Of a DNA stretch of 64,000 nucleotides, positions 31,273-41,305 are shown piece by piece (position 1 is the stretch's first letter; each line of letters starts with the position of its first letter). Below the pieces are notes generated by a model. That model ran no database searches. It saw only the letters and a program-made list of their open reading frames with translations, and was not told the DNA's origin. The DNA is taken from the IMG/VR virus record IMGVR_UViG_3300033121_001607; one strand, 5' to 3'. The DNA is from an uncultured virus (IMG/VR IMGVR_UViG_3300033121_001607). Taxonomy: Duplodnaviria > Heunggongvirae > Uroviricota > Caudoviricetes. Position numbers and translations under genes: made by a program.

Positions 31273-32750
31273 AGTGTTTGCCTGTGTTTTTCTGATTCAA
31301 GACCAAGAATCATCTTAATTTGAGTATCGGTCAAATATCTGATTTTGCCAAGTTTAGAACCAACTATATTGATATAGTTGTGAGCGGCAATGATTTCTTT
31401 TTTGTTGACGTTGTTTAAAAAAACAGCAGCATCTGGGAAGGCAAACCGTGTATCAGAATCTCTACCTGCAAAAAGAATATCAAATTCCTCAATTCCTTCT
31501 TGATTTTTGATATATTTCTTTGCGATATCGTTGATTTCATTTACAAAAGCAATCGCTTCGTCAAGAGAATCGCTTGATACTACTACGCCATGATTCTCAA
31601 GAAGATACACGTCCTTACTCAAATCACTCTTTCGAAACACTTCAAACAGATCGTAACCAGGAGTTGCATACGGTATGTACTCATACTTCATATGCCCCCA
31701 AAGAGTATCTGAAATTTGTTTCGAGTTTTCAAGACAAAGCAAAGTGGTTGGATAAATAGAATGAACGTGTATAACGTACTTTTTTAGAAGCAAGTGAAAT
31801 CCGACCTCCATCGAAGGTTTCTTATGCTTCATCGCAATCCTATTCAAAATAAGACTTAGCTGAATCTCGCTTAAAGAGTTGAGAATCTGTCTTGAATCTG
31901 TTGGATGAACTATGGAATAACCGCTAAGGCAGTTGATGTCTTTGATATCATATCCTGAAGCTTTTATGATCATAAAATCACCAGTCTTGACGGAAATATT
32001 GCCTCCTCCATTCTGGCACATCTCAACGCTCTGACCAATAACTTCTGAAATCTTTGTGAAATCTTTGAAATCACAAAGATATGTTTGTATAAATTCTAAT
32101 AAACCTCTTGGAATAAACTTATTAGTGTTTTTCTTTATTAAAACAGAGATATCTACAGATTCGTGCTTATCTCCAAGATTCTTGATCTGAGAAATTGCAT
32201 CTATTTTGACGACCACATCAGCAAGACTAATCTGCTTCTCTTTCAACATGGCAGTATCATGGCTGCGCTTCTTGATTATTTCAAGAACGTCATTGTACTT
32301 ATAGCCTCTTTGCTCTGTATCCCTAATAAGCTTCCAGTGGGTCACTATGCTTTTGTCAACATCAACAAAGATTTTGAGATCTATGAGAGCGTTGCTGGTG
32401 TCTGTATAAAAGGCATGTAGCCCTTCGACGACAATAATTGGCTTAGGTTCCAGTTTTATAGGAGCATTAAACCACCCACTCTTATGATTATAACTAGACC
32501 TCCATATTGGCTTACCGCTTGCAAGAGCTTCTAAATGACTATCTCCAAGCTCTAGATTGTTGGCATTGGGGTTCAAATGAGTAATGCCGCTCCACATTGG
32601 ATTATGTCTTTCCCATCTATGAAGATCATCTGTACTAATTGCTAGTATGTTTTCTTCACCAAAGAACAAAGCTATAATGTTAGCCATTGTGGATTTACCC
32701 ACACCGGACTCTCCTGATATACCAATAATAAAGGGCTTTTGTTGTTTCAT
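31269..32750 (-). CDS. Phosphoribulokinase-like kinase fused to a class II aldolase/adducin-family domain
   Basis: N-half: GISGESGVGKST, DDLH, NPNANN, YNHKSG, VVEGLH, WKLIRD..QRG. C-half: GGGNISVK, IKASG, PSMEVGFH, HVH, PG, LENHGVVV. Confidence 0.85.
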   Translation of the reverse strand: MKQQKPFIIGISGESGVGKSTMANIIALFFGEENILAISTDDLHRWERHNPMWSGITHLNPNANNLELGDSHLEALASGKPIWRSSYNHKSGWFNAPIKLEPKPIIVVEGLHAFYTDTSNALIDLKIFVDVDKSIVTHWKLIRDTEQRGYKYNDVLEIIKKRSHDTAMLKEKQISLADVVVKIDAISQIKNLGDKHESVDISVLIKKNTNKFIPRGLLEFIQTYLCDFKDFTKISEVIGQSVEMCQNGGGNISVKTGDFMIIKASGYDIKDINCLSGYSIVHPTDSRQILNSLSEIQLSLILNRIAMKHKKPSMEVGFHLLLKKYVIHVHSIYPTTLLCLENSKQISDTLWGHMKYEYIPYATPGYDLFEVFRKSDLSKDVYLLENHGVVVSSDSLDEAIAFVNEINDIAKKYIKNQEGIEEFDILFAGRDSDTRFAFPDAAVFLNNVNKKEIIAAHNYINIVGSKLGKIRYLTDTQIKMILGLESEKHRQTL

Positions 32751-33649
32751 TCTAGCATGCCTGTTTTCCTGAGTAATTTTTCTGTTGCTTCCATTCGTCG
32801 CCTACAATTATCTTCATCCAAGAAATGTTTAAATGGTCTTACAGCATGCAGATTCTTGTATTGACCCGCTTTTAGTCCTTCTTCGTCAACAGTATATGCA
32901 ACTCTTTCATCATCATACATTGACGAGTGTACATGATTCCCATCAGTTCTACCAACTCCGCTTTTAAGGAAGAAACCCCTAAAATTAACCCTACCCTCAA
33001 AAATGCTTTTTCTCAGCGATCTAGTTGACCTAAGTTCTTCTGCGCACCACAGATTGTGTTGTTCTATGGGATCGCATTGTCTATAGCCTCTTGTTCCGTT
33101 GTATTGTTTACTCTCAACAATATGACGTATACTCGCCTCAAATGAGTCTTCTATTGAGAGAGCATTCTTCATCATATGGCCTTTTGCAACATGATACTGA
33201 GCAGGTAGATTAGTGTCATGTCCCAGGTCTTTTTGGTTTTGCGGCGTAATAATCTTATTTGCCCAACCGTAGGCAGTTCCATTTAGTTGTGTTATACCGT
33301 CCGCATCAAGATGAAGGTAATGATCGTCTGGATAGCTAGCAATGTCAGTTGTAAGCCAATCGGTAGCTAAAGGATACATATCCATATCCCCAATAATCCA
33401 TGTCGTATTTGGCTCTGTTGTTGTATGAAAAAACTTACTCCATGTAATTTGTATTAACAAAGGCCATTGATCCATAACCGACATTTCAATAACCTTGCCA
33501 TACTCCTCGCTCATGTCAACTTTATTTCTATCCCCAAAAAAAAGACAGACAGGCTCTATGCCTAGTTTTGTCTTCCATATTTTTGCGTTCAAATTCCAGA
33601 AAACACTAAAAGTCTCAGAGCTTGAAAATACAACTTTATCTATTTTCAT
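32747..33649 (-). CDS. Putative glycosyltransferase (DxD), paralog of 35206..36108
   Basis: KVVFS, LGIEPVCL, IGDMDMYPL, LPAQYHVAKG. Confidence 0.55.
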   Translation of the reverse strand: MKIDKVVFSSSETFSVFWNLNAKIWKTKLGIEPVCLFFGDRNKVDMSEEYGKVIEMSVMDQWPLLIQITWSKFFHTTTEPNTTWIIGDMDMYPLATDWLTTDIASYPDDHYLHLDADGITQLNGTAYGWANKIITPQNQKDLGHDTNLPAQYHVAKGHMMKNALSIEDSFEASIRHIVESKQYNGTRGYRQCDPIEQHNLWCAEELRSTRSLRKSIFEGRVNFRGFFLKSGVGRTDGNHVHSSMYDDERVAYTVDEEGLKAGQYKNLHAVRPFKHFLDEDNCRRRMEATEKLLRKTGMLE

Positions 33650-34535
33650 CGTATCCCTCCTGCTCTAATTGAAATACGCTTTTATATCTCTTTTTTCCTA
33701 TCATTGCAGGAAAGCGACTAAAAGCAGAATATCTGTTTGATGTAACATTTATTGAACTTTTTGTCATTGTTGCTATATCAAAATATGTTTGCTGCCATTT
33801 CTCAAGACCATCTGGAATGGTTATCAAGTTTTTGCCTTTTGAAAGCAAATAATTTGCAAACTCCTGTTTCTTTTCATCTTGGTCGCTGCAAAGAAAGAAA
33901 TAATCGTATCTATCAGAAAAAACATCAAGACACTTATATGTCAATTCATTTAGTTCTTTTATTTCATTAGAATGGATGTGCATCCCATCTATCTCTCCGC
34001 CTCTAACTTTATCTCCTCTACGAATATGAAAAGAAGAGAATCTATCAGGAAGCTTAGAAAGATGGGTATTAATCTCATCACAAAATCCAAACTCGCTAGC
34101 AATTAAATCCACACATTTTTGAAACTCATCAAATGTAGAAACCTTATCTTGACAATAAGACATCCAGAATCTTCTAGGGTCACTTCCCCCTCCTAAAGCG
34201 TATTCAAATGTTGGATAATTTAAGCGTATCAAACGAAGTTCTTCTAAATTGATAATCCAATCTTTCGTTTTACACCCCTCTACCATAATATAAGGCTCTA
34301 CCTTTACATTATTAGGAAATCTTATGTATTTTTTAACATTTTCAAGTTGAGAATCTACATAGCGAAACGAAGGATCAAGATTTCTAGTTTCTTGTTTTTC
34401 GTGTCCTCTATAAACAGTCCAGGTTAATAGTAAATTAGACTTATGTAACTTAGCATAAGTTGCCATAAAAAGAATATCCAAAAGCCTATCTCCTAGCCCG
34501 CTTTCTGTTGGTTTTGTCCAATAAATAGATCTCAT
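33636..34535 (-). CDS. Fucosyltransferase-like GT-B protein (GT11/GT23-like motifs)
   Basis: GLGDRLL, HIRRGDK, FLCSD, SAFS; gmd and fcl are nearby. Confidence 0.7.
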   Translation of the reverse strand: MRSIYWTKPTESGLGDRLLDILFMATYAKLHKSNLLLTWTVYRGHEKQETRNLDPSFRYVDSQLENVKKYIRFPNNVKVEPYIMVEGCKTKDWIINLEELRLIRLNYPTFEYALGGGSDPRRFWMSYCQDKVSTFDEFQKCVDLIASEFGFCDEINTHLSKLPDRFSSFHIRRGDKVRGGEIDGMHIHSNEIKELNELTYKCLDVFSDRYDYFFLCSDQDEKKQEFANYLLSKGKNLITIPDGLEKWQQTYFDIATMTKSSINVTSNRYSAFSRFPAMIGKKRYKSVFQLEQEGYDENR

Positions 34536-34536
34536 T

Positions 34537-35189
34537 TCAATTTTTCCTAAAACAGGCCAAAGTGTCTCTAAAATCAGGTATTAGATCTTGAAAATCAGAA
34601 AATCCTGCCTTGGCAACTATTTTTTGCATAAATCTAAATCCATATAAAACCAAGCCGCTCCTTTAGGAGATACATTAGAGTGTTTATATGGAAGAATATA
34701 CTCATCACCTTTATCCATATGGTCTGGATGCCTATTAAAGTTTGCAAATAATATAAAAGCATGAGATCCATGCTTCATCTTATGAAACAGATTTTTTAAG
34801 TATTCTTCTTGAGCTTCACTCGACAAATGACAAAAAACACCATAGCTAAAAACGAAATCTATACTATCGTCTTCAACCCCAGAACATAAAAAATCTTTAT
34901 TTTTCAAATGAATATAAGTACAATCTGCCTCAAACTTTTTAGGAATTACATCCAAGCATATAACATGCTTAAAGTTAGGAATAAGATAATTTTTGGTCCA
35001 CAATCCTCCACCGCAACCTATTTCAAGACAAATATGGTCTTTATTATAAAAAGGTTTAACAAGTTTATCAATGTCATTTCTAGAATATTTTACTACACCA
35101 TTATTGACGTAGCCTTCAAATGATTCTTCATAACCTCCTGGCCATATTGTATCAAAAACTTCAGCTTCTGTGTCTCTTGGAAATTCCAT
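34537..35189 (-). CDS. Class I SAM-dependent methyltransferase; in-frame stop at 34617, apparent C-terminus in the -1 frame to 34537
   Basis: LEIGCGGG, IDFVFSYGVFCHL; an A6 tract precedes the TAG; the -1 frame gives IVAKAGFSDFQDLIPDFRDTLACFRKN*. Confidence 0.8.
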
Positions 35190-35205
35190 AATTAATTACC
35201 TACCA

Positions 35206-36108
35206 TTATTTAAGTATTCCTGATAAATCAATTATTCTTTCTAAAGCATTAGCCTGTAAATTATAAGGCCTAACTTGGCAACAATGAATGTCTACTATCT
35301 TTTTCTCAATCAAAAAGTTTCTATGGTATTCGTAATCGTTATTATTCTTATTCCATTCCCAAATACGTTCCGCCATAGTGAAATTAATGCCATCATAGAA
35401 AATTTTGTTGGCTTTTATTGCATTATATATACACTCTGAAGTATAGTTTTCTTCGGCCAACCAGTACCACCAAAACTGTCCACAACCCTGGAACGGAGGA
35501 AGAATTTCGGTCTTCTTTTCTATAGGCCAGTTTGAGCCAAAGCCCATTCCATACTTATCAGCCTGATAAATACTTCTAACAACATCTTCAAATGATCTAT
35601 TCTGAAAGTATAGGTTGTTGAAGTTATATCCCTTAGCAACATGATAGTGAGCGGGTAAATCACAACCAGTATAGCCTCCCTGCCTGCCGTGAACTTCCGA
35701 GCCAAGAGCCGTAAAAGCGTCTGATCGTCCGCACCTCGGCATAGCAATACCGCTATTGTTCAAGCAAAGATAATGGTCATCAGGATAGGGGGTTATCTTA
35801 GTTATGAAATGATGCTTCTGCAAAGGAAGCAAGTCAATATCCCCAATCATCCAAATTGTTTCTGGCTCTGATATGGTGTGATAGAACTTACTCATTGTTA
35901 ACTGAATACCCCAAGGGACATCAGGTAATAGTTCCATTTCAATGATTTTGCCGTAGTCCTCGTTCATATCAGTATTTGCTTTTTTGCCAAAAAGAAGACA
36001 AACAGGTTCAATCCCAAGACCTAGTTTACAGAGCTTGGAATGCATATTCCAATAAGAACTATAAAGAGGGGGTTCTGATACCGAAAAAACAACTTTCTGT
36101 ATACGCAT
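35206..36108 (-). CDS. Putative glycosyltransferase (DxD), paralog of 32747..33649
   Basis: KVVFS, LGIEPVCL, IGDIDLLPL, LPAHYHVAKG. Confidence 0.55.
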   Translation of the reverse strand: MRIQKVVFSVSEPPLYSSYWNMHSKLCKLGLGIEPVCLLFGKKANTDMNEDYGKIIEMELLPDVPWGIQLTMSKFYHTISEPETIWMIGDIDLLPLQKHHFITKITPYPDDHYLCLNNSGIAMPRCGRSDAFTALGSEVHGRQGGYTGCDLPAHYHVAKGYNFNNLYFQNRSFEDVVRSIYQADKYGMGFGSNWPIEKKTEILPPFQGCGQFWWYWLAEENYTSECIYNAIKANKIFYDGINFTMAERIWEWNKNNNDYEYHRNFLIEKKIVDIHCCQVRPYNLQANALERIIDLSGILK

Positions 36109-36116
36109 AGGATTCC

Positions 36117-36791
36117 TTATTTAACTTGATACCAATGAACTTCTTTATCTTGAGGCCTTACCGGGATAAGCTCATAATTTAATCCGTGTTTATCCCAATA
36201 CTCATGCAGTGCTTTTTTGGCCCCAACAAGAGCGTAGTCATCAACGATTACGAAGCCGCCCTTTTGTATCTTTGGATGCAAATACTCAAGACATACCTTT
36301 GTTGATTCATACAAGTCTCCGTCAAGTCTCAACAGAGAAATCTTCTCTATATTATTGAATGGAAGCGTGTCTTGGAACCATCCTTCAATAAACTGATATC
36401 TACTCATATCAAGTCGCCATCTTGTTCCGATGTTATACTTGACTGATTCCAAAGAATGCGAAGTAACTCCACTAGACTTGAGAAGCTCCCTTAGGTCTCC
36501 TGGAACCGATCTGTTTGGATCTAGTGGGCCAATGCCAGGCTGATCTGTGTCATTCGGTCCAGCAAGAGGAATCCCCTTATAGCTGTCATAGGCATAGATC
36601 TTTTTGTTTGAACCTGTTGCCTGACAAATATAGCCCATAACCCCGATTTGGGCACCAGCAGCAACACCGCACTCAACAAAGTCTCCTTCGATATTATTCC
36701 TGATGGCTCTTAGCGCTAAATCGTGAGTATTTTGTATAGTGTCTTCGTTAGAATAGGCTAAACTAGCATAAGGCTTTAATTCTGGCTGCAT
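36117..36791 (-). CDS. TylF/MycF/NovP-family sugar O-methyltransferase
   Basis: EGDFVECGVAAG, DSY.G, GWFQDTLP, LLRLDGDLYEST, IVDDY. Confidence 0.9.
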   Translation of the reverse strand: MQPELKPYASLAYSNEDTIQNTHDLALRAIRNNIEGDFVECGVAAGAQIGVMGYICQATGSNKKIYAYDSYKGIPLAGPNDTDQPGIGPLDPNRSVPGDLRELLKSSGVTSHSLESVKYNIGTRWRLDMSRYQFIEGWFQDTLPFNNIEKISLLRLDGDLYESTKVCLEYLHPKIQKGGFVIVDDYALVGAKKALHEYWDKHGLNYELIPVRPQDKEVHWYQVK

Positions 36792-36804
36792 AAATTCTCC
36801 TTTA

Positions 36805-37638
36805 TTATCTCCATCCGCAACTTTCTTCTATTTTTGTGATAATAGAACACTTTTCTTTGTTACCGTACTCATTATAGAAATCGGATATTTCTCGACTAGA
36901 GAAATAACCTCTGGATGTGTTACAACCAGAAGCCCCGATGTAATTGGTAAAATTGTCTCCTTTTTCTCTTACCATTTGAGGAATATCTTCCATGTAAGCA
37001 TCAGTAACAATCTTATTACTTGAACGATCATTCGGTCCACTTAAGTTATGTATTAGCACTGAGTTTTGAAAACGAGGCCAAACGGCGTTCATAAGAAAGT
37101 CTTGATCGTAACCAAATCTAGTGTGACCAGATTCCGTATACATTCCTGTCATAAAAACATTAAGAGAAGGACATTCCATCGCTTCTAAAAACTTAGGAGA
37201 ATAAAAACCGCACATACCTCCCATAAGGGGAATGCAATGACTAACATTATCAGTTATGCCATGAACAGTTTTGCGGCTTGAAATAAATGATCTAACGCAT
37301 TGAAGCTGTCGAGGAGTTAAAATTGAATCAGAATCTCTGCAAAATACATACTCAGTATTCTCCCATATGGGCAACATTCTCCATAACATCATAGTACATT
37401 TTAATCTTTTTTGATAAAGCCTGCCTTCGTCAGGGACAACAAAAATATTTATCAATCCTTCATTAGCAAGTTTTTTAAGAACCGGACAATATCCCTCATC
37501 ATTAAGTTCATGATCTGTGTATATCCAAAAAGCCCAAGAAGAATCCCAATAAAAAGTAAAATGCTGCCTTATATTTGCAGCAAATCCAGGTGACCATTTC
37601 GCTTTGTCGCCAAACATGGAATAACTATTGACTTTCAT
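36805..37638 (-). CDS. Putative glycosyltransferase, paralog of 37635..38351
   Basis: SYSMFG, WRMLP, RDSDS, PLMGGMCG, DQDFL. Confidence 0.55.
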   Translation of the reverse strand: MKVNSYSMFGDKAKWSPGFAANIRQHFTFYWDSSWAFWIYTDHELNDEGYCPVLKKLANEGLINIFVVPDEGRLYQKRLKCTMMLWRMLPIWENTEYVFCRDSDSILTPRQLQCVRSFISSRKTVHGITDNVSHCIPLMGGMCGFYSPKFLEAMECPSLNVFMTGMYTESGHTRFGYDQDFLMNAVWPRFQNSVLIHNLSGPNDRSSNKIVTDAYMEDIPQMVREKGDNFTNYIGASGCNTSRGYFSSREISDFYNEYGNKEKCSIITKIEESCGWR

Positions 37639-38351
37639 TCTATTATTTCTCCAACATGAACACCGCTAGTCATTGGTGAATGATCTGGGAATGGTCTAAT
37701 ATCATGTTTCCCAAAAAATCTTATTGGATCATAAACATAATCAAAATCTGAATCTAATTTATCATCTTCAATTGTTCCTTGTCTATGTTCGCCTTTTTCA
37801 ACGATAAGGCCGTTACAATACTTATCATGAGCAAGTATTGTGTCTATATAGTTAGACCAAATCTGTGTTCTCAAAAAATCCTGATCACTTCCTTTATAAT
37901 CATTTGCAGACCATTGAGAAACGAGTTGCTCCATATTAGGAATAACTTTATCTCTACATCCCCACATCCCGCCAAGCATAGGTACATTATGCTCAATATG
38001 GTCTCTCATGCAATGAATCTTCTTATTGCTCAAAAGCCATTCATCAACCGCTGCTTTTTCTCTTTCATTCAATCTTGAATCAATATCTCTTGAAATAAAA
38101 ACATCAGCTTCAGAAGCAGGTAAAAATCTCCAAAACAAACCTTCCCAATTATCTTTTAGAGTATTTTTAATAACAACCTCAGCGCCAAAGCCTTTAATTT
38201 GCCGAATAAAATCCTTATTAACTTCTGAATCGCAATAAAACCTAACAATCCAACCTGGATATATTTTTTCTGCAAGATTGATGTTCTCAATACATCCATT
38301 AAGATATTTGAACGAGTTTCCCCAAACACTAAAAGATATAATCTTTAACAT
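37635..38351 (-). CDS. Putative glycosyltransferase, paralog of 36805..37638
   Basis: ISFSVWG, YPGW, WRFLP, SRDIDSR, MRDH..H, MLGGMWG, DQDFL. Confidence 0.6.
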   Translation of the reverse strand: MLKIISFSVWGNSFKYLNGCIENINLAEKIYPGWIVRFYCDSEVNKDFIRQIKGFGAEVVIKNTLKDNWEGLFWRFLPASEADVFISRDIDSRLNEREKAAVDEWLLSNKKIHCMRDHIEHNVPMLGGMWGCRDKVIPNMEQLVSQWSANDYKGSDQDFLRTQIWSNYIDTILAHDKYCNGLIVEKGEHRQGTIEDDKLDSDFDYVYDPIRFFGKHDIRPFPDHSPMTSGVHVGEIIE

Positions 38352-38354
38352 AAA

Positions 38355-39137
38355 TTATGCCCTCTTATTCAAATCCTCTTTAAGAGATTTTAGACGTTCT
38401 TCCATAGGTGATGAAACAATTTCATTATAAAGATCAGCATTTACGCTAAAAGAAGTTAATCTTTTATGATTCAAATGAAGAAAAGCACTATCTCGAATTT
38501 CGTGAAGATTAGTAAGTTTATTTATTCTTTCCCAAAACTCGCAGTCTTCGCTACCATAGCCATAAAACTTCTCGCACATTCCGCCTACACTAATAAAAGC
38601 TTTCTTAGTAAAAGCAATACTACCTCCTGAAAAATAATCAACTCTCTTACTACCTCTCCAAACAACAATATTGCGCATTAGTTCAACGTTGTAAATTTCT
38701 TTTCCAAGAAAACAACAGTCATAAGAATTCAAAAATATATCTATTCTTTGTAAATACCCTTTTGGAGGAACTACGTCAGCGTCATTCATAACAATCTTTG
38801 AATACATTGCGAACATAACACCAGCATTTATCGCGATACTCTTATTGAATGGCTTTGACAAACTTTTTGTAAATATCTTTTTAACTCTAGAATCATTTTT
38901 AAATCTATCAATATTTATTCTCTCAACAGAATCTTCTTCCGAAACAACAATTTCCATTGGTTCAACATTTTGTAATAAAAGTCTAGAAATACAGTAGTTA
39001 AGATTTGATTGTCTATCAACTCCCCGAATAGGAATGACGACAGTTATTCCTGAAACAGGCTGTACGGAAGCTGAAGAAAACTCAAAATGCTTTCGTATAT
39101 CAAGAGGAAGATTATTTATAGATCTGGGAAGTATCAC
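38355..39137 (-). CDS. GT2/GT7-like glycosyltransferase
   Basis: VVIPIR, FNKS.AIN.G, DADV, GGMCEKFYGYGSED, HLNH. Confidence 0.85.
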   Translation of the reverse strand: MILPRSINNLPLDIRKHFEFSSASVQPVSGITVVIPIRGVDRQSNLNYCISRLLLQNVEPMEIVVSEEDSVERINIDRFKNDSRVKKIFTKSLSKPFNKSIAINAGVMFAMYSKIVMNDADVVPPKGYLQRIDIFLNSYDCCFLGKEIYNVELMRNIVVWRGSKRVDYFSGGSIAFTKKAFISVGGMCEKFYGYGSEDCEFWERINKLTNLHEIRDSAFLHLNHKRLTSFSVNADLYNEIVSSPMEERLKSLKEDLNKRA

Positions 39138-39724
39138 CTAATTCTCCTATTAGATCTTTTAAAGGAACCACTATTTGGAGGGCCTCCTTTTTCATATAGA
39201 TAATGATAGACAACCCCGCTAATGAATCGCTCTTCTTTTAATAAAGGAAAGAGTCTTGTTGAATAATCCTTGTCCTCTCCAAAATTGGTTTCCGGAAACT
39301 TAACTTGTAAAGCAATTTCTCTTTTAACAGGATTTAGATGATTTGGGCAACGATAATAAATGTTGTTCTGTTCAAACCATTCTTTATATTTCAAAGAATG
39401 TATAAACATTCTTGGCCCTTGACCTTGAAACGTAATAATCCCTTGAATACCACAACAATCCGGATTGGATTCTATCGCCTCAAGAATTTTTTTGACATAA
39501 TCTTCAGAAACCAAATCGTCGTCATCAACAAATACTATATAATCTCCGGTTGCCTCTTCTAATAAAAGGTTTCTTTTGGCTCCAATAGCTATTTCTCCAT
39601 TATCTGTTTTGATAAGGACTTCAACAGAATCGTTTACTTGAGGCTGCAAGACAGTCATTAGTCTTTGTAGCTTATCTGCTCTAGAAGATAATGAGCATAT
39701 AAGTATTGAAAGTTTTTTATCCAT
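39134..39724 (-). CDS. GT2-family glycosyltransferase
   Basis: LSILICSL, IGAKRN, YIVFVDDDD, FGED. Confidence 0.85.
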   Translation of the reverse strand: MDKKLSILICSLSSRADKLQRLMTVLQPQVNDSVEVLIKTDNGEIAIGAKRNLLLEEATGDYIVFVDDDDLVSEDYVKKILEAIESNPDCCGIQGIITFQGQGPRMFIHSLKYKEWFEQNNIYYRCPNHLNPVKREIALQVKFPETNFGEDKDYSTRLFPLLKEERFISGVVYHYLYEKGGPPNSGSFKRSNRRIR

Positions 39725-39726
39725 GT

Positions 39727-40545
39727 TTACTTCCTATTCCTGAGCTTATGCGCTCTCTGTTTTTCATAAGACCTAACCCATCTATTCAATGCAATCGCTT
39801 TTTTATCATTAGGATTTGGCGAAAGCATTTCTTTTGATATTTGAGCATTCTGGTCCGCCAATCTTTGAAATCCTTTACCTTTTTCAACCGCGTGCCATTG
39901 AGTAAAATTACGCTCACCCCTATTAAATCCTTTTTCTTTCATCCAATTTCTTCCAAGATCTTTCAATATAACAGCCCTATGGTCGAATGGAAAATAAAGA
40001 AATCCTTCTGGTTTGTATCCGCCGCAAAGAGTTCTTATTTGAACTTCAGGATTATCGACTATGTTCATTTTTTCGGCTATCTCTCTGCAAAATGTTCCTC
40101 TTAAAAAACAGGGAGAAAGCCAAAAATTATTCTTAACATTCTTCCATGCTCTAAAAGCTAACTGCTGAACATGAGGAGGTATAAAAAACTGATTGAAAAT
40201 TGAAACCTTAAAAGGAGTTAGCAACTCCCAGTCGTCCTCTAAATGAAAACAATAGTACGTTTCAATCTTTGAAAAACACCACTTTACAGCAGCCGCAAAG
40301 TTAGGATTTTCAGGCATGTTGACAATGACATTGCCAAAATACTTTCTCGCGATATCTGCGACTTCTTGCCTTTTATGGTCGTCTCTTTTGTCAGGAAAGC
40401 TATCTATATTCAAAAGCAGAGTTGCTTGTTTGAAATCGAATCCCAAAAAATGTCTTGAAAAAGAAGCATAGGTTTGGTCTATGATTTCCGGCCGAGGCAT
40501 TGCGGTTGTTGTGAAAGTCAAAGTATTTTCAGTTATTGGGTACAT
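39727..40545 (-). CDS. Putative glycosyltransferase, tandem paralog of 40529..41302
   Basis: FTTTAMPRPE, NID, NFAAAVKW, HLEDDWELL, NPE.QIR, DLGR.W. Confidence 0.6.
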   Translation of the reverse strand: MYPITENTLTFTTTAMPRPEIIDQTYASFSRHFLGFDFKQATLLLNIDSFPDKRDDHKRQEVADIARKYFGNVIVNMPENPNFAAAVKWCFSKIETYYCFHLEDDWELLTPFKVSIFNQFFIPPHVQQLAFRAWKNVKNNFWLSPCFLRGTFCREIAEKMNIVDNPEVQIRTLCGGYKPEGFLYFPFDHRAVILKDLGRNWMKEKGFNRGERNFTQWHAVEKGKGFQRLADQNAQISKEMLSPNPNDKKAIALNRWVRSYEKQRAHKLRNRK

Positions 40546-41302
40546 CTTTCCCTCTAAAATTGCCATCAAGTTTCGATATATCTATTTCGCTATTTTGATC
40601 TTGTATTAATTGCTCTCTTGCTCTTATAAGAACATTAGGAACGAACTCCCAAGAAGTCCAAGTATCCATGCCTCTTGCAAATGGAGTATCCTTCATCCAT
40701 GTTCTTCCCAAGTCTCTAAGAATAATCTTATTGTCCTCATAAGGCCAATATATAAATGATTCCTCAACCTTATATGGATTGAGACCCCTAATCTGCCATT
40801 CGGGATTACGTTTCGTATGCATTTCAGCAGCAACCTTATGACAAAAAGAAGTCTTTAAGATTGACGGGCTAAGAACAAAACGAGGATCAGATTTTTTCCA
40901 AGCTCTAAAACCAACCTGTATAATCTTTGGGTCATCAAAAAAAGAAGCGACATACTCGGGTACGTCGCAAAGTAGTTCCCAATCGTCTTCTAGATTGAAA
41001 ACGAACTCTCTATTCGCATTTGAAAAAATCCATTTAACAGCAGCAGGGAAATTCCCTCTTATCTGTATATTTGTTGTTACTTCGCCAAAATACTCTTTAG
41101 CAATATCAATAATAGATTGAACTCGTTGAGCATGATCTTCGTAATGATGAGGAAAGTAGTCAATATTGATAAACAATGGGCATTTCTTCAAATCAAGCCA
41201 AGGAAGATATTGCTTGAAAGAAGAATACGTTTTAACAAGAAGCTCTGGACGAGGCATCGCCGTTGTTGTGAAACATATATTTTCAGAATTTGGTCTTGTC
41301 AT
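40529..41302 (-). CDS. Putative glycosyltransferase, tandem paralog of 39727..40545
   Basis: FTTTAMPRPE, NFPAAVKW, NLEDDWELL, DLGRTW. Confidence 0.6.
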   Translation of the reverse strand: MTRPNSENICFTTTAMPRPELLVKTYSSFKQYLPWLDLKKCPLFINIDYFPHHYEDHAQRVQSIIDIAKEYFGEVTTNIQIRGNFPAAVKWIFSNANREFVFNLEDDWELLCDVPEYVASFFDDPKIIQVGFRAWKKSDPRFVLSPSILKTSFCHKVAAEMHTKRNPEWQIRGLNPYKVEESFIYWPYEDNKIILRDLGRTWMKDTPFARGMDTWTSWEFVPNVLIRAREQLIQDQNSEIDISKLDGNFRGKDVPNN

Positions 41303-41305
41303 ACC

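Noticed and set aside
31269..32750. Calvin-cycle auxiliary gene
   Set aside because: No RuBisCO or CP12 in the window; the aldolase fusion and glycan context favour a different role. Not formally excluded.
34617..34619. TAG readthrough or alternative genetic code
   Set aside because: TAG ends other genes normally (e.g. 24031, 30108, 52726) and coding density is already high in the standard code. The -1 frame fits the gap better than readthrough.
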